Notes: generated by a model not told the origin, from the letters alone. Numbered from the stretch's first letter, positions 28,938-38,375 are shown. The stretch is DNA of 53,799 nucleotides from Rhizomicrobium sp. (GCA_036268715.1 DATATP010000189.1:1-53799), one strand, 5' to 3'. Made by a program: numbers and translations.

Positions 28938-29440
28938 CGGACGACAAAGGCACAATCAGCCAGACGGGCCAGATCACCTTCCGCCGCACTTTGCCCGGCG
29001 GCATTGACAAGGCCTGGGCTTTCCTCACGCAGAGCGACAAATTGAAAGCCTGGTATGGCGAAGGCGCGATCGAGGCGCGGCCGGGCGGGCGCGTCTCACT
29101 GATGGGCGGGCGTATCCGCGGCATCGTCACCCAGGCCCGCGCGCAAGAGAGGCTGACCTATAGCTGGAATGTGCATGATCCCGCCGATCCGCAGGACGCG
29201 GTGTCCGCCTACCCGGAATCCTATCTCAGCCTGTCATTGGCCGATCAGGCCCCGCAGACCGTTCTAACCTTGCTGCATCTGCCGGTGCCCGAACGCTTCC
29301 AGAAACAGAGCGCGATGGGCTGGCACACCTTCCTCGACATGATCGCGGATGGACTGAAAGGCGGCAGCTTGTGCCGCGAGGATTATTTTTCGAAGAACGC
29401 CGCGCTCTATGGCGTGGACATCAGCAAGATCGAAAGGTGA
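28934..29440 (+). CDS. SRPBCC domain protein
   Basis: FRRTLPGGIDKAWAFLT, LTYSWNV, GWHTFLD. Confidence 0.87.
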   Translation: MTDDKGTISQTGQITFRRTLPGGIDKAWAFLTQSDKLKAWYGEGAIEARPGGRVSLMGGRIRGIVTQARAQERLTYSWNVHDPADPQDAVSAYPESYLSLSLADQAPQTVLTLLHLPVPERFQKQSAMGWHTFLDMIADGLKGGSLCREDYFSKNAALYGVDISKIER

Positions 29441-29444
29441 GACG

Positions 29445-29987
29445 ATGGACAATCACGCAACCCAGATCGACAAGCACACCATACAATTCGTGAGAGTGCT
29501 GCCCGGACCGATCGAAAAGGTCTGGGCGTATCTGACGGACAGCGACAAGCGCAGCCAATGGTTTGCTTTCGGGCCCCTGCCCGCGCAAGTCGGCGAAAGC
29601 TTTCAACTGCGCTTTAAGCACAGCGAATTGTCGCCGCACAGCGCCGCGCCGCCGGAGCGGATGCGCGAAATTCATGAGAAAGGCCACGCTTCCAGCCATG
29701 TGTTGCTGAAACGCGAACCGCCGCACCTGCTGGTTTTCACGTTCGGCCCCGATAATCGCGCGGAAGGGCCTTCGGAAGTGGAATTCCGTCTGGAGAAGGA
29801 AGGTGACAAGGTGCGCCTTACCCTGACCCACAGCAAGATTCCGGATCGCCCCTATATGCTTGGCGTATCGGGGGGGTGGCATGCCCATCTCGAAGTGCTG
29901 CAATACCGGACCGAAGGCAAAGTGCCACCTGCCTTCTGGGACGTGTGGCGGAAGACCGACGGCGCTTACGAGAAGCGGTACGCTTGA
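29445..29987 (+). CDS. SRPBCC family protein
   Basis: FVRVLPGPIEKVWAYLTDSDKR, SEVEFRL, GGWHAHL. Confidence 0.88.
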   Translation: MDNHATQIDKHTIQFVRVLPGPIEKVWAYLTDSDKRSQWFAFGPLPAQVGESFQLRFKHSELSPHSAAPPERMREIHEKGHASSHVLLKREPPHLLVFTFGPDNRAEGPSEVEFRLEKEGDKVRLTLTHSKIPDRPYMLGVSGGWHAHLEVLQYRTEGKVPPAFWDVWRKTDGAYEKRYA

Positions 29988-30028
29988 CACACTTGTTCAT
30001 GTTTTAACGGGCCCGCGCTTCGGCAGGG

Positions 30029-30844
30029 TCAGCATGGGAGACTTTGTGAATTCTCACCCGAACTTGTCGAGGGGCGAGAGCTTATCCAGTCCCCCCTGAG
30101 CGATTGCCACACCGCCAGGGCCGCCAGGGCGGCAGTGTCGGCGCGCAGAATGCGCGGACCCAAACTCACCGGTGTCACGAACCGCAACGCACGGAGCGCC
30201 TCGCGCTCGGCTGGATCGAAGCCGCCTTCCGGCCCAGTGAGGATCGCGGCCGGCCCATCCGGCGCGGTAGTCACCGCCTCGGCAAGCGGCTTGGCATCGC
30301 CGCCTTCGTCGCAGAAAAAGATGCGGCGGTCCTTCGGCCACGCCGCCAGCAGCTTGTCGAATAAAACGGGCGCGCGGATGTCGGGCACCGACAGACGGCC
30401 CGATTGTTCGGCGGCCTCGATCGCATTGGCGGCGAGGCGTTCCATGTTCACCCGCGTGACGATGGTACGCCGAGTGAAAACCGGCAGCAACGCGGCGGCG
30501 CCCAGCTCGGTCGTCTTCTGCACCAGATAATCGGCCGGCGTCTTCTTCACCGGCGCGAAGGCGAGCCAGATGTCGGGAACACAAATTTGCGGCGCGGTCT
30601 GTGCGATACAGGTCAGCGTGACCCCGCGCTTTCCCGCTTGCGCGATCCCGGCCCGCCATTCCCCATCCCGGCCATTGAACAGACGCAGCCGGTCGCCGGC
30701 CTTGGCGCGCATCACGTGCAGGAGATAATGCGCCTGTCCCTCGCTGGCCGGAACCGACGCCCCCGGCGAAAGCGCCACCGTCACATAAAGCCGCGTCCGG
30801 CCGCCCGCCTCGCGCAGTTCGGTTGTTGTCTCAGCCTCGGCCAT
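30029..30844 (-). CDS. rsmE: 16S rRNA m3U1498 methyltransferase
   Basis: HYLLHVMR, LFNGRDGEW, QKTTELG, EAAEQS, GPEGGF, LGPRILRADTA. Start taken as MAEAETT (30844). Confidence 0.94.
   Translation of the reverse strand: MAEAETTTELREAGGRTRLYVTVALSPGASVPASEGQAHYLLHVMRAKAGDRLRLFNGRDGEWRAGIAQAGKRGVTLTCIAQTAPQICVPDIWLAFAPVKKTPADYLVQKTTELGAAALLPVFTRRTIVTRVNMERLAANAIEAAEQSGRLSVPDIRAPVLFDKLLAAWPKDRRIFFCDEGGDAKPLAEAVTTAPDGPAAILTGPEGGFDPAEREALRALRFVTPVSLGPRILRADTAALAALAVWQSLRGDWISSRPSTSSGENSQSLPC
30053..30078. repeat. REP-like element within the rsmE 3' end
   Basis: CTCACCCGAACTTGTCGAGGGGCGAG matches CTCGCCCCGAGCTTGTCGGAGGGTGAG at 8229-8255. Confidence 0.65.
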
Positions 30845-30860
30845 GCCACACTTGAGCGGC

Positions 30861-31793
30861 ATGAACGCGACTTCGCAAGTCCCCGCCGACGCCGCCGCCA
30901 ATTGGGTGGCGCATATGCCGCCGCGGCTGAAGCCGTTCGCGCAGTTGATGCGGCTGGATCGGCCGATCGGCACATGGCTGCTCTATTGGCCCTGTGTGTT
31001 CGGCCTGCTGCTGGGCACAGCGGCGGAGGAACGGCGTTTCACCGAATGGAGCGACTTCTATTATCTTATTCTGTTTGGCATCGGCGCCCTGGTGATGCGG
31101 GGCGCGGGCTGCACCTTCAACGACATTGTGGACCGCAAGATCGATGCGCAGGTGGCGCGCACAAGCGGGCGGCCGATCCCCTCCGGCGCGGTCGGCGTGA
31201 CGGCGGCGCTTGTATTCCTGGCGGTGCAATGTCTGGTCGGCCTTGTGATCCTGTCGCAGTTGAACCCGTTCGCCATCTGGCTCGGCGCGTCATCGCTGCT
31301 GCTGGTGGCGGCCTATCCGTTCATGAAGCGCATCACCTGGTGGCCCCAGGCCTGGCTGGGGCTCACCTTCAACTGGGGCGCGCTGCTCGGCTTCGCAGCC
31401 GAAGCGGGGCGCCTCGATCTTGCCGATGCGATGCTGTATGCGGGCCTGTTCTTCTGGACCCTGGGCTATGACACCATATATGCCCATCAGGACAAGGACG
31501 ATGATGCATTGATCGGGGTCAGATCGACGGCCCGTCTGTTCGCGGGCGAGTCTGGGAAATGGATCCTGCGCTTCTATGCCGCCGGCTTCACCCTCATCCT
31601 CGCCGCCGGCTTCACCGAGCATATGGGCTGGCCGTTCGCTTTCGTCATGCTGGCGGCAGGTGCGCATCTGCTGTGGCAGGTGCGGCGGCTGGACATCGGC
31701 AAGCCGGACAATTGTCTTCGGGTTTTCCGCGCCAATCGCGAGACGGGAGCCCTGATTGCGGCCGCCTTCCTGCTCGCAAGCTGGTTCGGCTGA
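30861..31793 (+). CDS. ubiA: 4-hydroxybenzoate polyprenyltransferase
   Basis: LMRLDRPIGTWLL, NDIVDRKIDAQVART, YPFMKR, YDTIYAHQDKDDD. Start 30861 preferred over 30843. Confidence 0.95.
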   Translation: MNATSQVPADAAANWVAHMPPRLKPFAQLMRLDRPIGTWLLYWPCVFGLLLGTAAEERRFTEWSDFYYLILFGIGALVMRGAGCTFNDIVDRKIDAQVARTSGRPIPSGAVGVTAALVFLAVQCLVGLVILSQLNPFAIWLGASSLLLVAAYPFMKRITWWPQAWLGLTFNWGALLGFAAEAGRLDLADAMLYAGLFFWTLGYDTIYAHQDKDDDALIGVRSTARLFAGESGKWILRFYAAGFTLILAAGFTEHMGWPFAFVMLAAGAHLLWQVRRLDIGKPDNCLRVFRANRETGALIAAAFLLASWFG

Positions 31794-32416
31794 TGCTTGC
31801 CATCATGCCGCTGGACCGGCTGCTGCTGTTCATCGGCGCGGAGCTGGTTTTCTCGCTGACACCAGGCCCGACCGTGATGATGATCTCCGCCTATGGCTTC
31901 AAAGGCGGCTTCCGCGACGCATTCGCCGCCATGTGCGGCACCCAGACCGGCAACGCATTATGGTTCGCTCTATGCGCGGCGGGACTGGGTGCACTGGTCA
32001 GGGCATCGCCCCTGGCCTTCGATCTGATCCGCTATCTCGGCGCGGCCTATCTGGTCTGGCTGGGCTTATCGGCCTTGTGGAAGAGCTGGCGCGGGAGGGG
32101 TGTGACGCCCAGGGCGAAGCTGATGGGCCGGCCTTACGTCCAGGCCGTGCTGACCCAGATGGGCAATCCCAAGGCAATCCTGTTCTTCGGCGCGCTGGTG
32201 CCGCAATTTCTCGATACGCATGCGCCATTGCTGCCGCAATATGGCTTGATGTTCGCCGTCACCGCGATCGGCGAAGGCATCATCCTGTCCGGCTATGGCT
32301 TGCTGGCCGCCATGGGCGGGCAGATCGCCGGCGCGCGCCACGCCCTCTGGCGCGAGCGCATCAGCGGTGCGGTGCTGCTGTTGCTGGGGCTGTTCGCCGC
32401 GACCCGCGCGCCATGA
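31793..32416 (+). CDS. LysE/RhtB family translocator
   Basis: SLTPGP, GAAYLVWLG, GNPKAILFF. Start 31793 or 31805. Confidence 0.9.
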   Translation: MLAIMPLDRLLLFIGAELVFSLTPGPTVMMISAYGFKGGFRDAFAAMCGTQTGNALWFALCAAGLGALVRASPLAFDLIRYLGAAYLVWLGLSALWKSWRGRGVTPRAKLMGRPYVQAVLTQMGNPKAILFFGALVPQFLDTHAPLLPQYGLMFAVTAIGEGIILSGYGLLAAMGGQIAGARHALWRERISGAVLLLLGLFAATRAP

Positions 32417-33045
32417 CGCCGGAGGATTTCATCCGCGCCAACGCCGCATTGGCCGCCCCGCCATTGGTGCCGGAAATCCGGCTGTATCTCGCCAGCGAGG
32501 TGGTGCCGCTCTGGTGCAAAACCGAAGACCAACTTGCCCGGAGCGGCGTGCCGCCGCCCTATTGGGCATTTGCCTGGGCGGGCGGGCAGGCGCTGGCCCG
32601 CCATGTGCTGGATGATCCTGCCATCGTGCGCGGCAAGCGGGTACTGGACCTCGGCGCGGGCTGCGGCCTTGTCGGCATCGCGGCGGCGAAGATGGGTGCG
32701 GCCCGCGTCCTGGCCGCGGACATTGATCCTTTCGCCTGCGCCGCCATCGCCTTGAACGCGGCGGCAAACGCCGTCGAGATCGCGGTGACGTCGGAGGACC
32801 TGATCGGTGCGGCAGGCAGCTGGGAAACGATCCTGGTCGGCGATCTCTTTTATGAGCGGCCTTTGGCGGAGACATTGCTGCCCTGGTTGACGAAATCGAA
32901 AGCCGATGTGCTGCTGGGCGATCCGGGGCGCAGCTATTTTCCACAAGCCTCTGTCGAGCGGCTCGCCCTCTATAAAGTCCCGACCAGCCGCGAGCTGGAG
33001 GACAGCGAGCTGCGCGAGACCGGCGTCTGGCGCCTGGCCAAGTGA
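32413..33045 (+). CDS. Class I SAM-dependent protein methyltransferase (METTL20/ETF-beta KMT-like)
   Basis: PLVPEIRL, PPPYWAFAWAGGQALAR, VLDLGAGCG, GDLFYE, GDPGR. Confidence 0.87.
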   Translation: MTPEDFIRANAALAAPPLVPEIRLYLASEVVPLWCKTEDQLARSGVPPPYWAFAWAGGQALARHVLDDPAIVRGKRVLDLGAGCGLVGIAAAKMGAARVLAADIDPFACAAIALNAAANAVEIAVTSEDLIGAAGSWETILVGDLFYERPLAETLLPWLTKSKADVLLGDPGRSYFPQASVERLALYKVPTSRELEDSELRETGVWRLAK

Positions 33046-33123
33046 GCGGACTTGCAGGATCGGCAATTGTCGCTACGCTCGGTCGAGGCGCTGGCGCTTC
33101 ATGGTTGCGAAGGGTTTCGGAAA

Positions 33124-34653
33124 ATGCTGTTCGGCCGCATCAAGCCGCTTGAGGCCATTCTGGCGAGCGCCGAGAAAAAGTCGCTGCGGCGCTCGCTCGG
33201 CCCATTCCAGCTTACGCTTTTGGGGGTGGGGGCGGTGATCGGCACGGGCATCTTCGTCCTGACCGCGGAAGCGGCGCAAAAGGCGGGCCCCGGCATGATG
33301 CTCTCCTTCGTGATCGCCGGCTTCGTCTGCGCTATGGCGGCGCTGTGCTATTCTGAGTTGGCGGCGATGGTGCCGGTGGCAGGCTCCGCCTATACCTACA
33401 CCTATGCGGTGATGGGCGAGTTGCTGGCCTGGACGGTGGGCTGGGCGCTGATCCTGGAATATGCGATCGGCGCCAGCGCCGTGGCGGTCGGCTGGTCGGG
33501 CTATTTCGTGGGGCTGCTCCATGCCTCGCTTGGCGTCGATATTCCCCAGTGGCTGGCGGTCGGCCCCAGCCAGGGCGGGCTGATCAATCTGCCGGCGGTG
33601 GTCATCGCAGCGCTGGTGACCGGACTGCTGGCGATCGGCACCACCGAAAGCGCGCGGGTCAACGCCGTTCTGGTGGCGATCAAGGTCTCGGCCCTCACCC
33701 TTTTTGTCATTCTCACCCTGCCGGTTGCGCGCGGCACCAATTTCCATCCCTTCACTCCCAACGGATGGGGCACGGTGGGCGTGTTCGGCGCCGCCTCTTC
33801 GATCTTCTTCGCTTATGTCGGATTCGACGCTGTCTCCACGGCGGCCGAGGAGACGCGCAACCCCCAGCGCAACGTGCCGATCGGGCTGATCGGCAGCCTG
33901 ACGATCTGCACCATCTTTTATCTGCTGGTTTCGGCCGGAGCGATCGGTGCGATCGGGGCACAGCCGGTGCGCGGCGGAAGCGGGGAGATCCTGGCTCCGG
34001 GCACGCTGGCGCTGGCCGACCGCTGCGCGGCCATCGTGGCGGGCGGCGCCAACCTGCCACTGGCCTGCAGCCATGAAGCGCTCGCTCATGTCTTGCGCAC
34101 CATGGGCGATGTGCAACTGGGCAACCTGATCGGCCTCGCGGCGTTCCTGGCGCTGCCCTCGGTGGTGTTGATGATGATGTACGGCCAGACCCGCGTCTTC
34201 TTCGTGATGGCGCGCGACGGCCTCCTGCCCGCCCGGCTAGCCACTGTCCATCCGCGTTGGCATACCCCTCATATCGTGACCCTCTTTACCGGTCTGGTGG
34301 TGATCCTGATGGCGGCGTTCCTTCCGGTGGGAACGCTGGCGGACTATTGCAATTCCGGCACCCTGTTCGCCTTCGCGATGGTGGCGATCGCAGTCCTGGT
34401 GCTGCGCGTTCGCGACCCGGGACGGCGGCGGCCCTTCCGTACCCCCGCCGTGGCCGTGGTGGCGCCGCTGGCCATCATCGGCTGTGCGGTTCTCTATGCC
34501 AAGCTGCCGCTGGCGGCGATCCTGGTGCTGCCGGGTTGGGGAATTGTCGGACTGATCGTCTATTTCGCCTATGGACGCGCGCATAGCCATCTCGCCCGCG
34601 GCATCGTCGAAATCACCGAGGACCGGCCGCCCCTTTATGGCGTGGACGTCTGA
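33124..34653 (+). CDS. APC family amino acid permease
   Basis: GAVIGTGIF, AGSAYTY, IFFAYVGFDAVSTAAEE, GQTRVFFVMARDGLLP. Confidence 0.93.
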   Translation: MLFGRIKPLEAILASAEKKSLRRSLGPFQLTLLGVGAVIGTGIFVLTAEAAQKAGPGMMLSFVIAGFVCAMAALCYSELAAMVPVAGSAYTYTYAVMGELLAWTVGWALILEYAIGASAVAVGWSGYFVGLLHASLGVDIPQWLAVGPSQGGLINLPAVVIAALVTGLLAIGTTESARVNAVLVAIKVSALTLFVILTLPVARGTNFHPFTPNGWGTVGVFGAASSIFFAYVGFDAVSTAAEETRNPQRNVPIGLIGSLTICTIFYLLVSAGAIGAIGAQPVRGGSGEILAPGTLALADRCAAIVAGGANLPLACSHEALAHVLRTMGDVQLGNLIGLAAFLALPSVVLMMMYGQTRVFFVMARDGLLPARLATVHPRWHTPHIVTLFTGLVVILMAAFLPVGTLADYCNSGTLFAFAMVAIAVLVLRVRDPGRRRPFRTPAVAVVAPLAIIGCAVLYAKLPLAAILVLPGWGIVGLIVYFAYGRAHSHLARGIVEITEDRPPLYGVDV

Positions 34654-34662
34654 AAGCGTTTG

Positions 34663-36192
34663 ATGCCCTATCGCTGCCTTCGCGATTTTCTTGCCCGCCT
34701 GGAACGGGACGGCGAGCTGGTGCGGGTCATGGAGCCGGTCTCCACCGTGCTGGAGATGACCGAGATCCAGACCCGTTTGATCGCGGAAGGCGGCCCGGCG
34801 GTGTTGTTCGAGCGGCCGATCAGGGCCGACGGCACGGCGAGCGACATGCCGGTGCTGGTCAATCTGTTCGGCACGGTCAAGCGGGTGGCGATGGGCGTGA
34901 CGATGGGCGGCAAGGAGCGGACCGGCGCGCCCGATTTGCGCGAGGTTGGCGAATTGCTCGCCCAACTGCGCCAGCCTCAGCCGCCGCGCTCATTCGGGGA
35001 AGCGGCGGAATTGCTGCCGCTGGTCAAGACCGTGCTGGCGATGAAGCCCAAGACGGTGACGCGCCCCGCATGCCAGCAGATCGTGCTGCGGGGCGATGAT
35101 ATCGATCTGGCGAAGCTGCCGGTGCAGACCTGCTGGCCGGGCGAGCCGGCGCCGCTCATCACCTGGCCGCTGGTGGTGACCAAGGGCCCTTCCGACGCGC
35201 GCGAGGACAATTACAATCTCGGCATCTATCGCATGCAGGTGCTGAACCGCAACCAGACCATCATGCGCTGGCTGAAACACCGCGGCGGCGCGCAGCATCA
35301 TCAGCGCTGGAGGAAAGAGAAGACCCGGCCCCTGCCGGCCGCGGCGGTGATCGGCGCCGATCCCGGCACTATCCTGGCGGCGGTGACCCCCGTGCCCGAG
35401 ACCTTGTCGGAATACCAGTTCGCGGGCCTGTTGCGCGGGGAGCGTGTGGTGTTGGCCGATTGCGTGTCCCAGCCTTTGAAAGTACCGGCCGAGGCGGAGA
35501 TCGTGATCGAAGGCGAAGTGTCGCTGACCGATTATCGCGACGAAGGGCCCTATGGCGACCATACCGGCTATTACAATTCCGTGGAGCGGTTTCCCGTCTT
35601 CACTGTCACCGCCGTCACCATGCGCCGCGACCCGATCTATCTTTCCACTTACACAGGCCGTCCGCCGGACGAGCCGTCCATCCTGGGCGACGCGCTCAAC
35701 GAAGTGTTCGTGCCGCTCCTGAAGCAGCAATTCCCAGAGATCGTGGATTTCTGGCTGCCACCGGAAGGATGCAGCTATCGCATCGCCGTGGTGTCGATGA
35801 AGAAGGCGTTCGCCGGCCATGCCAAGCGGGTGATGATGGCGGTGTGGTCCTACCTACGCCAATTCATGTACACCAAATGGGTGATCGTGGTGGACGACGA
35901 CATCGACGCGCGCGATTGGAAGGACGTGATGTGGGCCGTCTCCACCCGCATGGACCCGGCGCGGGACATCACCGTCATCGAGAACACGCCGATCGATTAT
36001 CTGGACTTCGCTTCGCCCGAAAGCGGCCTTGGCTCCAAGATCGGACTGGATGCCACCAACAAGCTGCCGCCCGAGACGCACCGCGAATGGGGCCGCAAAA
36101 TTGCGATGGATGAGGCGGTCGTCAGAACGGTCACGGAAAAATGGCCGCGTCTCGGGCTCCCTGGCTCGGGCAAGCCTGTCTGGCGGAGATGA
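34663..36192 (+). CDS. ubiD: UbiD family prFMN-dependent decarboxylase
   Basis: [55 protein letters not shown]; ubiA nearby. Confidence 0.94.
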   Translation: MPYRCLRDFLARLERDGELVRVMEPVSTVLEMTEIQTRLIAEGGPAVLFERPIRADGTASDMPVLVNLFGTVKRVAMGVTMGGKERTGAPDLREVGELLAQLRQPQPPRSFGEAAELLPLVKTVLAMKPKTVTRPACQQIVLRGDDIDLAKLPVQTCWPGEPAPLITWPLVVTKGPSDAREDNYNLGIYRMQVLNRNQTIMRWLKHRGGAQHHQRWRKEKTRPLPAAAVIGADPGTILAAVTPVPETLSEYQFAGLLRGERVVLADCVSQPLKVPAEAEIVIEGEVSLTDYRDEGPYGDHTGYYNSVERFPVFTVTAVTMRRDPIYLSTYTGRPPDEPSILGDALNEVFVPLLKQQFPEIVDFWLPPEGCSYRIAVVSMKKAFAGHAKRVMMAVWSYLRQFMYTKWVIVVDDDIDARDWKDVMWAVSTRMDPARDITVIENTPIDYLDFASPESGLGSKIGLDATNKLPPETHREWGRKIAMDEAVVRTVTEKWPRLGLPGSGKPVWRR

Positions 36193-36325
36193 GGCTGCTC
36201 GGCTAAGGTTCTCCAAAAGGCGGGGGCCTTTCGGATGGGCATTACGACGATTCTGGCATCGGCGTGTTTGGCGCTGGGCTGTCTGGCTCCAATGACCGTG
36301 CAGGCCGAAGACTGCGGTCCGCTCA
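36151..36325 (+). repeat. Direct repeat copy 1 (ubiD 3' end, intergenic hairpin, signal peptide)
   Basis: Repeated 1072 bp downstream; 5 mismatches counted by eye over the 159-bp core 36167-36325. Confidence 0.95.
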
Positions 36326-37221
36326 CGATGATCGATACGGTACAGATGACCGCACAAAGCGACCATCTTGATACCGTCCCGATTTCGATAAATGGCGCCT
36401 CGATAAATTTTCTGTTGGATACAGGCGGTGTAACGACACAGATCGGACGCAAGGTCGCGGAGGCTCTGAAATTGCCAATTCGCCAAGGCAGCTTCGAGAT
36501 GTACGACGCTACCGGTCATATCTCACGTGACCAGGTGACCGTGCCTGAACTCACCATTGGCCGCATGAAAGGGAAGAACGCGACCTTTCCGGTGGCACCT
36601 GACCCGGATTATGACGGCATCCTCTCTATGGATTACTTTCGCGCATACGACATCGATGTCGACTTCGGCACAGACAGGTTAAATTTCTTTTCCCATGATC
36701 ATTGTCCGGGGCATGTGATCTATTGGCATGCACCCGCGGTCGCGGTACTTCCGATCACAATGCACGATGGTCATATCACGGTCCCAATCACATTGGACGA
36801 TCATCAGATAATGGCGATTATCGATACCGGCGCGTCCATGACGAGCTTGCGTTTGGACATCGCCAAGCGGACCTATGGCCTAATCCCCGGCACCGAAGGT
36901 ACTTCGCAAAATGGATATCTGAACGGCGATACCAGTCTGCCCACTTACGGCCACATCTTTAAGCAACTGGCTTTGGGCGATATCATAGTCAGCAATCCCC
37001 GCGTAACGGTCATTCCCGACGCCATGAACCGTAACGGCGACAAGAGCCAGCAGACCGGGGACCGCGCATTGCAAGTCCGCGATGACATCGTTGAGCCGGA
37101 GGCGATTCTCGGCATGAATATATTGCAGAAACTCCACATCTATTTCGCGTTTGGGGAGGACCGCATGTACATCACGCCCGCTTCCAGCCCGGCATCCGGA
37201 TCGGCCAAGCCGGCGCCATAA
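36235..37221 (+). CDS. Secreted double-domain retropepsin-like aspartic protease
   Basis: Signal peptide ending VQA, two catalytic motifs LLDTGG and IIDTGA, closing motifs GILSMD and ILGMNIL. Confidence 0.88.
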   Translation: MGITTILASACLALGCLAPMTVQAEDCGPLTMIDTVQMTAQSDHLDTVPISINGASINFLLDTGGVTTQIGRKVAEALKLPIRQGSFEMYDATGHISRDQVTVPELTIGRMKGKNATFPVAPDPDYDGILSMDYFRAYDIDVDFGTDRLNFFSHDHCPGHVIYWHAPAVAVLPITMHDGHITVPITLDDHQIMAIIDTGASMTSLRLDIAKRTYGLIPGTEGTSQNGYLNGDTSLPTYGHIFKQLALGDIIVSNPRVTVIPDAMNRNGDKSQQTGDRALQVRDDIVEPEAILGMNILQKLHIYFAFGEDRMYITPASSPASGSAKPAP

Positions 37222-37222
37222 G

Positions 37223-37397
37223 CCCGAGCTCGCCGGCCCGGGCAAGCCTGTCTGGCGGAGCTGAGGCCGCTCGGCTAAGGTCCTCCAAAAGGCGGGGGCC
37301 TTTCGGATGCGCATTACGACGATTCTGGCATCGGCGTGTTTGGCGCTGGGCTGTCTGGCTCCAATGACCGTGCAGGCCGAAGACTGCGGGCCGCTCA
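37223..37397 (+). repeat. Direct repeat copy 2
   Basis: Copy of 36151-36325 starting 2 nt after the first protease stop; includes a relic of the ubiD C-terminus (GKPVWRS-stop). Confidence 0.95.
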
Positions 37398-38329
37398 AGT
37401 TCGTCGCCGCGGTCGATATGGAACTGACGCCGGGCGGCCAGGTGCTGCTGCCGGTGACCGTCAACGGTACGCCGCGTCGATTCCTGTTCGATACCGGCGG
37501 CACGGTGAGCCAGATTTCCTCCGCCGTGGCGGACGAACTCAAACTGCGGCGCCGGGACAGTCCGATCAAACTGTTCGATGTGAGCGGCAACATCTCAGAC
37601 AAGCTGGCCGTCGTCGATTCCTTCGCGATCGGTCCGCTCAAGGGCGCTGATCTTCTGCTCCAGATTTCCAGTACCTTCATGGGCCGGATCGCCGGTGTCA
37701 TCACGCCTTCGCTGTTCCCACATCTGGACATCGACATCGATTTTGGGCCGCGCCGCCTCGCCTTTTTCGCGACCGACCACTGTATAGGCCATGTGACCTA
37801 CTGGAAGACGAGCGCGCTTGCTGTGGTGCCGATGACGATGCGCAACCTGCACATCAACGTGCCGGTCACGGTCGAAGGCCATACCTTGCAGGCCATTATC
37901 GATACAGGCGCGACGGGCACATTCATGGAGATGGATGTCGCAAAGCGGGTCTTCGGCCTTACACCGGATTCCCCCGGCATGACATTGGCCGGCTATGCCA
38001 ATGGCGATCACGATTTGCCGCTATATGGCCATATCTTTTCGAGTCTTTCATTCGGGGGCGTGAGCGTGGTCCATGCCCATGTCGAAATCATGCCCGATCG
38101 CATGGCCAGCAAGGACCGGGACAATGACGTGCAAACCGGCAGTCTTGTGAAGCACGTCGACGACAATATCGAGCGGCCCGAACTCACCGTGGGCATGAAT
38201 GTGCTGAAGCAACTGCATGTCTACATCGCCCAGGAGGAACACAACCTCTACATCTCCGCGGCGGGCCGGCCGGATGAGCCTTCGCCGTTTGGGCCGCCTG
38301 CCGCCCCGCCCGCCACATCCGCGCGATAG
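37307..38329 (+). CDS. Secreted double-domain retropepsin-like aspartic protease
   Basis: Same signal peptide, LFDTGG and IIDTGA motifs, TVGMNVL, Pro/Ala-rich tail. Confidence 0.88.
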   Translation: MRITTILASACLALGCLAPMTVQAEDCGPLKFVAAVDMELTPGGQVLLPVTVNGTPRRFLFDTGGTVSQISSAVADELKLRRRDSPIKLFDVSGNISDKLAVVDSFAIGPLKGADLLLQISSTFMGRIAGVITPSLFPHLDIDIDFGPRRLAFFATDHCIGHVTYWKTSALAVVPMTMRNLHINVPVTVEGHTLQAIIDTGATGTFMEMDVAKRVFGLTPDSPGMTLAGYANGDHDLPLYGHIFSSLSFGGVSVVHAHVEIMPDRMASKDRDNDVQTGSLVKHVDDNIERPELTVGMNVLKQLHVYIAQEEHNLYISAAGRPDEPSPFGPPAAPPATSAR

Positions 38330-38375
38330 GGCAACGCCGCTTGACCGCGGCCGCAATTCGGGTCATCGGGAAGGC

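Noticed and set aside
36151-37397. Possible attL/attR of an integrated element
   Set aside because: No integrase or other cargo between the repeats, and the repeat includes a signal peptide; kept as a duplication/cassette finding.
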